Assembly: GCF_018350175.1 (NCBI RefSeq)
Contig: NC_058368.1
Span: forward strand, 104,534,001 to 104,598,000
From: Felis catus
Taxonomy: Eukaryota
Direction of reading: 5' to 3'
DNA: 64,000 nt
Below, piece by piece: positions 49,276-62,039 of this stretch. The notes below the pieces were generated by a model. It was given only the letters and a program-made list of their open reading frames with translations, searched no databases and was not told the origin of the DNA. Every line of letters starts with the position of its first letter. Position 1 is the stretch's first letter. The position numbers and the translations under genes were made by a program.

Positions 49276-49956
49276 GGCGTGAACACGACCATACTCACCT
49301 ACATCTGGGGCAGTGTGGATGAGGACATTCTGACCCCACGCTCAGGAGAATCTTTAGTGTTATTTGAAGTGAGGACTCCCATACTCTGTCTTCTCAGTTT
49401 TTTTAGGTAGTGCTTTATACTTTTACAGTAGTAGTGAAAAAGTAAAACGCTATGGGGAGTTTTGATATTTGCCTACCTATCTATTCATATCTGTATCTTT
49501 AATCTTAAGAATTTTTAGTGTAAGTTTATGTGAAAGGAGAAAAAAATTCTAAACTTCTTTCTCTTTGGTTTCATGATATTAGATCCTTGATAGGGATATT
49601 CTTTTTAGTTGAATAGAATGAGGGGTAGAATTTCATTCAATAGCATAGAAAAAATGTGGGTCATTTTACCAGTAAAAAAAACCCTCAAGGAATAACATTT
49701 TATATCATCAAGGTCTTTCTGATTCAAGTTATCTTAAGCACTGCAAACAGAAAAAAAAAAAAAGCTTTCAAAAATTAGAGTAGTTTTTTCCACTCATTCT
49801 TTTAGATTCTCTTATTTCACAGTAATAAAGATGGTAACTTTGAATAGTCCCTACAAATACTCACCCTGCCAATGTGACTCAAGGTTTTAAGATAAACTCC
49901 TGACTAAAATTTGGCAGGAAATCATTAAAAAAGAAAAATGAAAAAAAAAAAAAAAA

Positions 49957-50178
49957 AACTGAGCCAACTGGTTGGCTCAGTTGGTTAAGCGTCTGACTTT
50001 GGCTCAGGTCATGATCTCATGGTTTATGGGTTCAAGCCCCGCATTGGGCTCTATGCTGACAGCTCAGAGCCTGGAGCCTGCTTCAGATTCCGTGTCTCTC
50101 TGTCTGCCCCTCCTCTGCTCACGCTCTGTTTCTGTCTTTGTCTCTGTCTCTCAAAAATAAGTGAACATTAAAGAAAGT
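49957..50178 (+). mobile_element. SINEC_Fc with a rearranged (fold-back) 5' end
   Basis: Body canonical from tggctcagttggttaagcg; head replaced by an inverted copy. Confidence 0.9.
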
Positions 50179-50279
50179 TAAAATTTGGTACAAAATAACC
50201 AGCAGAGAAGTTTCCTTCCATTTTCTCCTTTGCTTTAATTAAAGCAATTTAAAAATCCCTAAGTAATCCATTGGGATAT

Positions 50280-50950
50280 TGGTATGGGTTGAATTGTGTC
50301 CCTCCATATTAAGTCTTAACCCCTACTACCAAGAATGTGAGCTTATTTGGAAAAAGAGTCATTGAAGATATAATTAGTCAAGATGAAGTCATATTGGAAT
50401 AAGGTAGGCTCTAATTCAACGTGACTGGTGTCCTCATAAGAAGATGGACTTGAGGGGCGCCTGGGTGGCTCAGTCGGTTAAGCGGCCGACTTCAGCTCAG
50501 GTCGTGATCTCACGGTTCGTGAGTTCTAGCCCCGCGTCAGGCTCTGTGCTGACAGCTCAGAGCCTGGAGCCTGTTTCAAATTCTGTGTCTCCCTCTCTCT
50601 GACCCTCCCCTGTTCATGCTCTGTCTCTCCCTGTCTCAAAAATAAAACAATAAGAAGATGGACTTGTGAAGACAGTGACACACAGTGAAGATCACCATGT
50701 GACAAGAAAGGCAGAGACTGAAATTATGCATCTTCAAGCCAAGAAACACCAAAGATTGGGGGCAAACCCAAAAGAAGCTTCAGGGAGACTGAAGGAAGGA
50801 TTTCACCTACAGATTTCTGGGGAGCATGGCCTTGCTGTCACCTTGATTTCAGAGTCGTGACCTCCAGATCTATGAGACAATACATTTCTCTTGTTTCTAA
50901 GTCATCTGCTTTTTGGAACATTGCTATGGCAGTGACAAGAAACTGACAAA
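50280..50950 (+). mobile_element. MLT1C-like MaLR solo LTR with a nested SINE
   Basis: tggtatgggttgaattgtgtccc...gacctccagatctatgagacaatacatttc...gctatggcagtgacaagaaactga. Confidence 0.87.
50454..50649 (+). mobile_element. Young SINEC_Fc
   Basis: Perfect 17-bp TSD ataagaagatggacttg (50436, 50650). Confidence 0.96.
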
Positions 50951-51237
50951 TATTTATATTTGTATATAATAATAATTTTTTGAAATGATAAAAAAAAGGA
51001 CACCATAAATAAGACCCCTACCCATATGAATAACAAGAGCCCTTGAGGTCTTTGCCACATCTACTCTGAGAATGAAGACCATCCTAAGCAACCAGACTTT
51101 TAATATGCCAGAAAATGTGAACCTCGATCTGAAGGGGGACGCATAGTTATTTTAAGGATCCCAGAGACTTTAATCACATCCATATAAAACTCAGTTTCCT
51201 TGGGAAGAAAAAGAAGAGGCTGCAGGTTGACAAACAG

Positions 51238-51598
51238 TGTCACTCAGTGCATGCTGCTATAATAGAATTCCACAGACTAGGTGGTTTATAGACAATTGAA
51301 ATGTATTTCTCACAGTTCTAGAGGCTGGAAGTCTAAGATCAAGACTCTAACAGATTGAGCGTCCAGTGAAGACCCTCTTTCTGGTTCACAGATGGCAGTC
51401 TTGTCGCTGTCCTCTAACGGCAGAGGGGAAAAGGGAGCTCTCTTGAGGGTCTGTTATGTAAGGTCGCTAATCCCATTCATGAGGGCTCTGCCATCATGAC
51501 CTAATCACCCCCCAAAGCCTCCTTCTCCAAATACCAGGACATTGGGGATTAGGTTTCAACAGATGAATTTGGGAGGAATACAAACATTCAGCCTAGAG
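51238..51598 (-). mobile_element. MLT1A0-like MaLR solo LTR
   Basis: gctgctataatagaattccacagactaggtgg...ctaatcccattcatgagggctctgcc...ttggggattaggtttcaacagatgaattt. Confidence 0.87.
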
Positions 51599-52104
51599 TA
51601 GTGGGGACAGTGAAAGGAACTGGATACAGTTCAGATTATCAGCGGTCACGTACAGCACGTGATGAAGGGTGAGATACTGGGCTTCCATGGCAAGGTGAGG
51701 TCTATGTATTCTCACTTCTCCATCCTCATTAGTATTCAGTAGAATGGGTCTCTTGTTGAGATCTGTAAGTTTGGGGGTCAAAAATACATTTGTACGGTTT
51801 GGGTGAGGCCAGCCATTGCTTGTACAGTATCTCAAGCCCAGAAAGATGAGTTAAGTCTTGAAGGAAATGACTTTGAATTTGTATCATGTTTAGCTGCTTT
51901 GACTCAGACACAACAGTTAAAAGCAAGAATATCAGAAAAATTTGGGATGGTATATGTCTCTGAAAAGAAAACAACAACAACTAACAAACAGTTCAGCAGT
52001 CTGATGAATAAAATCTAAGAGTTGGAAACAAGATGGCATATGATTCCTAAGACCTACTTGTGATACTTAAAAGATGCAGTGAACGTGTTCTATTGATTTC
52101 AGAC

Positions 52105-52321
52105 TTCTTTTTTATTTTTTTTAATGTTTATTTAAAACATGAGCATGCTCTGCATGAGCAGAGGAGGGTAGAGAGAGAGAGGGAGACACAGAATCCGAAG
52201 CAGGCTCCAGGCTCTGAGCTGTCAGCACAGAGCCCGATGCGGGGCTCGAACTCGCGCGCTGTGAGATCAGGACCTGAGTTGAAGTTGTACACCCAACCGA
52301 CTGAGCCACCCAGGAGCCCCC
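52105..52321 (-). mobile_element. SINEC_Fc-type SINE
   Basis: Canonical body; TSD cagacttctt. Confidence 0.93.
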
Positions 52322-52871
52322 AGACTTCTTATTAAAAGGGAGACCGCGAGAGAGACCCTGATAGGTCACTTGGCAATGTTCTGATCCACGATCCTTAAAA
52401 AAAAAATCTGGCAATTTTGTGTTATAAGGTAGAAGACTATAATAATTACACAGCTCAAAATACCCCGAGGGCATAAGGGAAGCAGGTGTTGTCCTGAACA
52501 ACTGCTGTTTGCTTGCACTTCACCCAACTTCTTGTTCAACCCAGAGGTTCTCAGACTCTTACGTGAGAAGGCTCTTGGTAGGACCTCTGCATTTCCTCCC
52601 TCCCTTCTCTTCCTCCCCTCCTCCCCCTTGCTCTATTTAAAACAATTCTATAAAACTATCAAACAGGATTTGTGAAAACACTGGTGCCCTTTAGATGGAA
52701 TGCTAATGATAGAGCTGATTTATTTTTAATGTGATAGTTCTATTATTTTTGCCAAACCATGGAAGAATCCAAACACGCACGAATCCAGACCGGCAGCCAC
52801 TTGGAAGGCATTGCCAACGTCTCACCATCCCTGGGCGGCACCTTGAGAATTGCTGTGATAATTACCTAGTG

Positions 52872-53038
52872 CAGTGCTTCTTAACCCTGGTTGCATATTA
52901 AAATCACCGGGGAAGATTTTAAAGCCTTCTCACTCCAGACCAATTAAATCAGAAACTCTAGGGACAGGACCTCTGCATCCGCAATTTGTCAGAGATCCTC
53001 AGGTAATTCTAACCTGCAGCCAGGGCTGAGAACCAGTG
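52872..53038. mobile_element. MER5-like hAT-Charlie MITE
   Basis: cagtgcttcttaaccctggttgcatattaaaatcaccgggga...ccagggctgagaaccagtg. Confidence 0.8.
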
Positions 53039-53679
53039 GCTTAATGTCATGTTGCGTTACTGTTGGAGTCGGGACACTGTGGTAACAAGAGGCAGAAGTG
53101 AGCGCCCATCTCTGCCCCTCATAGCCCTCTGCTTTTTATCTGATTGGAGTTATATAAAGCCTAAGTGGAACTAAGATTAAGCCTGGTAATTGTCATGGCA
53201 ATGCCCTAGATTTTTCTATCAAATCCAATCTTATTTGTGATGGGAGACGCAGAAGTGACTCTAGTGATGTTAAAATATTTCTGCTGCTATTTAGAATATT
53301 CAGCATTAAACTCGATAGAGTTTTTCCATAAAATTTCAAACATGAAAACTTTTAGAAACAGCAGATCTCACCTGAATAAAAAAAATTATCATTAATTGTA
53401 AAGTGTGCTTGATCACAGAGAATTATCTAGGCAATCAGCGTCATGTATAGCCTTTAATGCCTCCTGTCTGCTGAATGTGAGTTCTGCATATTGAGCACAA
53501 ATTTGCAAATTTCTCTAGCTTATGCCTCATCACTCCCTTCTTTGATTAAATATAAAGTAAGTGGGATTTGAAAATCGTAAAGCTGGGAGGGACCTGTGGA
53601 AACCATTTTGTCTAGCCCCATTGCTTTGCAAGTGTATGCCAAACCCAGGAAGAGAGTCGGGTTACTACTTTGGTCTTCT

Positions 53680-54120
53680 GTTAAATTCATGAATGCTCTA
53701 GTATGGATGACGGAGGCATCTTTCTAACTGGCTCCCCCTTTCCTGCCCTCCTTTTTCTCCCCATTGCTGTCAGAGTGATGGTTCTAAACACAAATCCAAT
53801 CAAGTCACTCCTTTTCTTGCTTAACCTTCTTGAATGACTTTGCATTTGCCTCAGGTCCAAATTCAAACTCCTTAGACTCCCATACATTCCCTTGTGAATT
53901 GATCTGACACTGTCTCCCCTCTGAAGAGTCATCTCTGGGAGCCTCTGTTTCTCACTCCAAACTGCAGTCACACCAGAGTTCTAAATGTCTGAATGCAGTT
54001 CTCCGAATGTGTCCTATAGGCCACTGTGGGTTGACACGTGCTGTCCTTTCTCCCTGCAGTGCCCTCTCTCCCCCTCTGTAAGGAGACCCTTCCTCTGTTC
54101 TTCCATTTGTGTAGTTCATA
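53680..54120 (+). mobile_element. L2 relic
   Basis: ctaactggctcccc...gtcagagtgatggttctaaacacaaatccaatcaagtcactcc...ttaaccttcttgaatg. Confidence 0.7.
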
Positions 54121-54559
54121 TCAGCTTTGTAAGGAGCAGGGAGCGGAGAAACCAGAAATTGCAGCACAAGGTGTGGAAAGCGGGAGAGGACTTACTGAAA
54201 TGACAGAAGTTTGGATGGATGGAATTTACTTCCTGAAATAGAAGGCCTTCTTAACCGTTTTTGTATAACGAGCTTCAAAGTTCCATAGGAGGCCAAGGTC
54301 AAGTGGATTGAGAATGGAACTCGCTGGGGTGGTGGTGGTCATGGTGGTATTTCAGTAGCCCTAAGTAGACAGAGAATGGTTTCTTTTCTTTCTTTCTTCC
54401 TATGTATCAATCGTCTTCATCTGGCTTTAGTTGGATTTCAGGTGCAGGCGTTTAAATTAACCATACCCTTCAGTTTATGGCATATTGTTAGCATTGGTCT
54501 ACACGAAGATACTATTTAATTTAGTTTTTCTTTTCTCTTTTTTTATTAACATTAAAAAA

Positions 54560-54800
54560 ATTAAGTTATTTTATTTTTTAAAAAAATTTTAAATGTTTTT
54601 ATTTATTTTTGGGACAGAGAGAGACAGAGCATGAACGGGGGAGGGGCAGAGAGAGAGGGAGACACAGAATCGGAAGCAGGCTCCAGGCTCTGAGCCATCA
54701 GCCCAGAGCCCGACGCGGGGCTCGAACTCACGGACGGACCGCGAGATCATGACCTGAGCTGAAGTCGGATGCTTAACCGACTGAGCCACCCAGGCGCCCC
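54560..54800 (-). mobile_element. Young SINEC_Fc
   Basis: CpG-rich near-consensus body (gccatcagcccagagcccgacgcggggctcgaac). Confidence 0.95.
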
Positions 54801-55299
54801 TCCAATGTATTTTTTTAATGTGCATCTTTTAGTTTGTATGTGTTCTTTGATGGTTCATATAAAAATGTAGTTTTAATGGTACTGTGTTCTATACTTCATT
54901 CTATATCCTTTTTTCACTATATTTTTAATATTATACATGTTTCCATGTGTATTTCAAGTGTGTAGCCTTCTAAGTGCTTCCCCAGTCACAGGTAATGAGC
55001 ACCTACCTAGTCTCCAATGTTCTGTCCCTATGAACAACCTCGAATTGTATAACCTCTTGTATGTCCCGTTATAGATGTATGTGAGACTGTCTTTGTGATA
55101 GGTCCTCAGGAATGGGTTCTAGTTATGTTCACACTTAATCTGACCAAATGGTGCTTTCGATTTGCCGGGTTGCACCAGTCTACATGCCCACCAACAAAGC
55201 ATGATATTGTCATCTCTCCACCAACACCTGGCATGACCCAGCTTTCCAATATCTGCCGATAAAATAGAAGGAAGAGAATGTCTCGTTTTGGTTTTGTTA

Positions 55300-57035
55300 T
55301 TTTAAAGAGACTTTATTTTTTATTTATTGTATTTAAAAAATATTTAATGTTAATCTTTGAGGCAGAAAGAGACCGAGTATGAGCAGGGGAAGGGCAGGGA
55401 GCAAGGGAGACACAGAATCTGAAGCAGGTTCTAGGCTCGGAGCTGTCAGCACAGAGCCCGACTTAGGGCTCGAACCCACGAGCTATGAGGTCATGACCTG
55501 AGCAGAAGTCAGATGCTGAAGTGACTGAGCCACCCAGGCACCCCTAGACTTTATTTTTTAGAGACATTTTAGGTTCATAGTAAAATTGAGGGAAAAGTAA
55601 AAAGAATTCCCATATATAACCCTGTCCCCCATGAGCCTCCTCCACTATCAACATCCTGCACAAGAGTGGTTGGTACATTTGTTACAATTAATGAAGCTAC
55701 AGTGACACATAATAGCCACTCAAAGTTCAAGTGTACATTAGGGTTCACTGTTGGTGTTGTAGAGTCTGTGGGTTTTGACAAATATATAACGACATATATC
55801 CACCATTATAGCATCATACAGAATACTTTTACTGCCCTAAGAATCTTCTTGCTCTCTGATTCATCCTTCCTCCCTCCCTAACCTCTGGCAACCACTGATT
55901 TCTTTTTATTTTTTAATTTTTTTCCTGTCTCTTGCTTTGCCCAGAATGTCATATACTTAGAGTCCTACAGTAAGTACCCTTTTCAGATTGACCTTTTCTG
56001 TTTCGTAATACGTGTTTAAAATACCTCTGTCATCTCATGGCTTAATGGCTGACTTCTTTTTAGCAATGAGTAATATTCCATTGTCTTGAGGTACCACAGT
56101 TTATCCGTTTGCCTACTGAAGGGCATCTTGGTTGTGGCCGTTGAAAATAAAGCTACTATAAATATCTGGGTGCAGGTTTTTTGTACATTTTCAACTCATT
56201 TGAATAAATACCCAGAGGGGCCATTGTTGGATTACGTGGTAAGAGCATGTTTAGTTTTGTAAGAAACCGCTGAACTGTCTTCCCCAGAAGTTCTTCCAGT
56301 TTGCATTCCAGCAGTATCGAATGAGAGTTCCCATTGTTCCACATCCTCTCGAGAGTGTTTGGGATTTCAGCGTTGAGGATTTTGGCTATTCCAATAAGTG
56401 TTAGTGGTATCTGATTGTTGTTTCAGTTTGCATTTCTCTAATGACACACGATGTGGAGCCTCCTTTCGAATGCTCACCTGCTGACCGTGTATCTTCTTAG
56501 GTGAGGTGTCTATTTAGGTCTTTTGTCCTTTTATAAATCAGATTTTTAAAATTTTCTTACTGTTGAGTTTTAAGAGTTCTTTGTGTAGCTTGGATCACAG
56601 TTCATTGTTAGATGTATCTTTTGCAAATAATTTTTCCCCGTCGGTGACTTGTCTTCTCATTCTCTTGACAATGTCTTTTACAAAGCAGAAGTTTTTAATT
56701 TCTTTAAGAATTTTTTTAATATTTATTCTTTATTTTTGACAGAGAGACAGAGTGCGAGCCGGGGAGGGGCAGAGAGAGAGGGAGGCACAGAATCCAAAGC
56801 AGGCTCCAGGCTCCTAGCTGTCAGCACAGGGCCTTACGCAGGGCTCGAACTCACGAACTGCGAGTTCATGACCTGAGCTGAGGTCGGAAGCTTAACTGGC
56901 TGAGCCACCCAGATGCCCCATGAAGTTTTTAATTTCAATGAAGTCCAGCTTTGCAATTATTTCTCGCATGGATCACGCCTTTGGTGTTATATCTAAAAAG
57001 TCATCAGCATACTCAAAGCCATTTAGATTTTCTTT
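55300..57035 (-). mobile_element. L1MC1-like LINE 3' region with nested SINECs (55330-55545, 56705-56918)
   Basis: ttttaggttcatagtaaaattgag...tacattagggttcactgttggtgttgta...ccaccattatagcatcatacagaata matches recalled L1MC1 3' UTR, continuing into ORF2 antisense. Confidence 0.82.
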
Positions 57036-57059
57036 CTAGATTAGATTTAATCGATTTTC

Positions 57060-57166
57060 TCTATTTTGTAATAATGGCTATGTTTAACCATCAGCTCACA
57101 AAATTCCTGAAGATTTAACAGTCAGCTCTTATGAGCTGCCATGAGCCAGCTGCAGCACACCAGCCT
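57060..57166 (-). mobile_element. MER63-like hAT fragment
   Basis: aatggctatgtttaaccatcagctcacaaaattcctgaagatttaaca...gagccagctgcagcacacca. Confidence 0.7.
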
Positions 57167-57167
57167 T

Positions 57168-57390
57168 GTGGGAATAGAGAAAATTGGACCTATTATTTAC
57201 AGTACGTACCAGAATAAATTCCAAATGGATCAGAGACATAAATGTAAAAATAAAATGAAACCTTACAAGGAAAGACCAGGAAAGATGTGGATAAATTCCT
57301 CTATAACCTGGGAGTGGGGAATGTCTTCTGAATTATGGCTTAAAATCCATAAACCTTAAGGGAAGTGGGATTATATTAGTTTCATAAAAT
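57168..57390 (+). mobile_element. Old L1 ORF2 fragment (plus strand)
   Basis: accagaataaattccaaatggatcagagacataaatgtaaaa (INSKWIRDINVK-like). Confidence 0.7.
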
Positions 57391-58061
57391 GAACTGAGAA
57401 TTATTGTTTCTTTTTGCATTTTTTGAACAACTTCTCTAATATGGGAATTGTGTTTGTAAAGGTTTAACAGAGTCCATTTTAAAAGCATCCACGTCTAGAG
57501 ATCTTTGGGGTGGAGTTTTAACTACCAGTTAAATTTCTTTAATCCTTGTGAATCTGTTTTAAATTACGTTTTTCTTCTTGTGCCAGTTTGGCATTTGGTG
57601 TAGTTTCAAGAAATTTATGCCTTTTATCTATCTTTGCTTTCAAAATCTCTAATTATTTCCTCATCTTCATTATTTGATCAGGTTTTACTTAGTTGTTTTT
57701 TTTTAACCTCTTTTCTTCTATCAGTCTTATCAGAGGTTTATCTTGGTAATCTTTTCAAAAACAGAACTTTTATTCTTATTAAAATTTCCTCCATGTGAGA
57801 AAATTATTATTTTGTTTCTCATTATATCCTTTCTTATATTCTTTTTTCTTCTTTGTTTTGGTGTTCTTTTTGATCACTTCTTGAGTTGGATGCTGAGTAT
57901 ATTTCTTTTCAAATTTTATTGTTTCCTGATAAACATATTTACATGTGTAAATGCTCTTCTAAAATTTGTTTAGTTATATCCCATACATTTTGTGTTTTCA
58001 TGCTCATTTAATTCGATATTTCTTCATTTTGATTATAATTTCATTTTTAACCTATGAGTTA

Positions 58062-58339
58062 TTTTTTTTTTTCAACGTTTATTTATTTTTGGGACAGAGA
58101 GAGACAGAGCATGAACGGGGGAGGGGCAGAGAGAGAGGGAGACACAGAATCGGAAACAGGCTCCAGGCTCTGAGCCATCAGCCCAGAGCCTGACGCGGGG
58201 CTCGAACTCGCAGACCGCAAGATCGTGACCTGGCTGAAGTCGGACGCTTAACCGACTGCGCCACCCAGGCACCCCAACCTATGAGTTATTTAGTTATGTG
58301 GCTTTTTTAATTTTGTAATTTTTTTGATGTTTATTTATT

Positions 58340-58382
<43 letters not shown>

Positions 58383-58753
58383 GGGGGAGGGGCAGAGAGA
58401 GAGGGAGACAGAATCCGAAGCAGGCTCCAGGCTTGAGCTGCCTGCACTGAGCCTGATGCAGGGCTCGAACCCACAAACCATTGTACCCTTAACCCACTGT
58501 GCCACCCAGGCGCCCCATTAATGTGGTATTTTTTTTTTTAATTTTTTTTCAACGTTTATTTATTTTTTGGGACAGAGAGAGACTGAGCATGAACGGGGGA
58601 GAGGCAGAGAGAGAGGGAGACACAGAATCGGAAACAGGCTCCAGGCTCCGAGCCATCAGCCCAGAGCCTGACGCGGGGCTCGAACTCCCGGATTGCGAGA
58701 TCGCGACCTGGCTGAAGTCGGACGCTTAACCGACTGTGCCACCCAGGCGCCCC
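58062..58753 (-). mobile_element. Cluster of three tandem SINECs (58062-58274, ~58300-58516, ~58530-58753)
   Basis: Three canonical bodies; TSDs aacctatgagttatt and tgtggtattttt. Confidence 0.95.
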
Positions 58754-59239
58754 TGTGGTATTTTTAAAGTATGGAACATTTAAAGAAATTCTGTTATTTA
58801 TTTCTAAAATTATCTCATTATGTTTGGAAGATGTAATGTATAAGACATTGCTCCTGGTGAGTTTATTGAGACTTCATGTAGGCCTGATACATTCATGTTA
58901 CTTTGTGGGTGTTTCTAAAAATGTGTATTTGCAATTTGTTGCATGAACTATTATGACATATATATATATGAAGATATTTATTATACACAGCATACCATTA
59001 GAACATACCTATCAAAGATGTGAACAGTATAATTAATAGTATAAGCCTACCAATTATACCGTTTAGATAAAAATCTGCTTAATTTTTGTTTACTTAATAC
59101 ATTTCTGATAAGTGGGTATTAAAAATTACAACTATTTTTATGTTACTCTCTGTATGCTGTCAGTTACTGTAACCTATTATTAGGTTCATATATGTTTGTG
59201 ATGGTTATATCTTCTTGCTTTATTGTTTTGTTTACCTTA

Positions 59240-59439
59240 AAAAATTTTTTTTAATCTTTATTTATTTTTGAGAGAGAGGGAGACAGTGTGTGAGTGGGGG
59301 AGAAACAGAGAGAGGGAGACACGGAATCCGAAGCAGGCTTCAGGCTCTGAGCTGTCAGCACAGAGCCAGATGCGGAGCCAAACTCACATGACCTGAGCCG
59401 AAGCCGGATGCTTAACCGCCTGAGCCACCCAGGCGCCCC
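59240..59439 (-). mobile_element. SINEC
   Basis: TSD tgttttgtttacctt on both sides. Confidence 0.92.
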
Positions 59440-59659
59440 TGTTTTGTTTACCTTTTACATCAACTTCATTTTTTGTCAGCTACTATCATTGCTGGTTTTC
59501 TTGGTGCGTCTTTTGGTTTTATGAATATTTCTCATAGACAACATATTTTTGGATTTTATTTTTATATTTTAATACTATTAGAGAATACTTGTTTTTTATT
59601 TGTGAGTTAACTCCATTTATATTTATTGTAATTGCTGTTGTATTAGAAATGACTTCTCC

Positions 59660-60820
59660 TGGCACAAAAACAGACACATAGACCAATGGAATAGAATAGA
59701 AACCCCAGAACTAGACCCACAAACGTATGGCCAACTCATCTTTGACAAAGCAGGAAAGAACCTCCAATGGAAAAAAGACAGCCTCTTTAACAAATGGTGC
59801 TGGGAGAACTGGACAGCAACATGCAGAAGGTTGAAACTAGACCACTTTCTCACACCATTCACAAAAATAAACTCAAAATGGATAAAGGACCTAAATGTGA
59901 GACAGGAAACCATCAAAACCTTAGAGGAGAAAGCAGGAAAAGACCTCTCTGACCTCAGCCGTAGCAATCTCTTACTCGACGCATCCCCAAAGGCAAGGGA
60001 ATTAAAAGCAAAAGTGAATTACTGGGACCTTATGAAGATAAAAAGCTTCTGCACAGCAAAGGAAACAACCAACAAAACTAAAAGGCAACCAACGGAATGG
60101 GAAAAGATATTCGCAAATGACATATCGGACAAAGGGCTAGTATCCAAAATCTATAAAGAGCTCACCAAACTCCACACCCGAAAAACAAATAACCCAGTGA
60201 AGAAATGGGCAGAAAACATGAATAGACACTTCTCTAAAGAAGACATCCGGATGGCCAACAGGCACATGAAAAGATGTTCAGCGTCGCTCCTCATCAGGGA
60301 AATACAAATCAAAACCACACTCAGGTATCACCTCACGCCAGTCAGAGTGGCCAAAATGAACAAATCAGGAGACTATAGATACTGGAGAGGATGTGGAGAA
60401 ACGGGAACCCTCTTGCACTGTTGGTGGGAATGCAAATTGGTGCAGCCGCTCTGGAAAGCAGTGTGGAGGTTCCTCAGAAAATTAAAAATAGACCTACCCT
60501 ATGACCCAGCAATAGCACTGCTAGGAATTTATCCAAGGGATACAGGAGTACTGATGCATAGGGTCACTTGTACCCCAATGTTCATAGCAGCACTCTCAAC
60601 AATAGCCAAATTATGGAAAGAGCCTAAATGTCCATCAACTGATGAATGGATAAAGAAATTGTGGTTTATATACACAATGGAATATTACGTGGCAATGAGA
60701 AAAAATGAAATATGGCCTTTTGTAGCAACGTGGATGGAACTGGAGAGTGTGATGCTAAGTGAAATAAGCCATACAGAGAAAGACAGATACCATATGGTTT
60801 CACTCTTAGGTGGATCCTGA
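59660..60820 (+). pseudogene. L1 ORF2p C-terminal fragment (386 codons, uninterrupted, lacks EN and RT domains)
   Basis: [14 protein letters not shown]...[11 protein letters not shown]...[11 protein letters not shown]...[14 protein letters not shown]...; no start codon (the track's M at 59831 is TTG). Confidence 0.93.
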
Positions 60821-61057
60821 GAAACTTAACAGGAACCCATGGGGGAGGGGAAGGAAAAAAAAAAAAAAAGAGGTTAGAGTGGGAGAGAGCCAAAGCATAA
60901 GAGACTGTTAAAAACTGAGAACAAACTGAGGGTTGATGGGGGGTGGGAGGGAGGAGAGGGTGGGTGATGGGTATTGAGGAGGGCACCTTTTGGGATGAGC
61001 ACTGGGTGTTGTATGGAAACCAATTTGTAAATAAATTTCATATATAAAAAAAAAAAA
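59661..61057 (+). mobile_element. Young 5'-truncated feline LINE-1 (ORF2 C-terminus, 3' UTR, poly(A))
   Basis: Perfect 16-bp TSD agaaatgacttctcct (59645-59660, 61058-61073); AATAAA and poly(A) tail; open ORF2 frame. Confidence 0.97.
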
Positions 61058-61289
61058 AGAAATGACTTCTCCTACCATATCTCATATTTTATTGCATTTT
61101 CTTTTTGTTTTCTCCTGGCTCAAAAAATTATTTTATTTTTGTTCAAGTGTGGCTGCCTTTAAGACTCTTATTCATGTTTACTTATTAATTTCTTGAACTT
61201 ATCAATATCTGTATATTTCTTCTAACTAAACAAATAATTTAGTGTTTTTTTGTGTGTGTGTATATATATATATGTATATAATTATTATT

Positions 61290-61325
<36 letters not shown>

Positions 61326-62039
61326 CCTAATGGTTCTGCTTCTCTAATTGAACTGTATTATACCCAAATACAGAAAGAGGGGACAGGTTAAAATAAGATA
61401 AGGAAAACTCCAAACCTAGAAACATCAAAATAAAACTTAAGAACCTCAAAGACGAGGAAAGAATTGTAAAAATTTCTAGAGAAAATAAAGAGATCATCAA
61501 TGAGAACAAGAATTAGGTTAGACAGTGGGCACAAGATGACAAATGGGAAAATACTTTTTAAATATTAAAGAAAAATAAATTTTAACCTAGAGTTTTGTAT
61601 TTATCTTTCAAATTGTCTTTCCAATGTAATGGCTTAAATATATATATACATATATATATATATGAAACGTATATATATAATAACTATATATATTAGTTAT
61701 AATTATATTTATAATATATTATATTATATTGTTAAAATATAAATATATTTATATATATACATATATTTGTTTATTTATTTCAGATAAGACTGAGAATGAC
61801 ATTATACTGAAAACATGTATTGGAAGCAGTACTCAATATTCAAGAAATATGGTAAAGGTGACAAAGTCCCTGTTAAGGACCAGAGTGAGAAAAGGAACAA
61901 ATTTACAAATATATCCAAATATTTTATATATATCCAAATATATATAAAATTGTAATATATCCAAATATATTACAAATATATCCAAAAACACCTGAGATAA
62001 TATAATACGAGTATATACTCCCCTTTGAGGGAAGGGGAA

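Noticed and set aside
59831..60820. 329-aa ORF as a host gene or active retroelement
   Set aside because: 5'-truncated L1 ORF2 without promoter, ATG, endonuclease or RT domains
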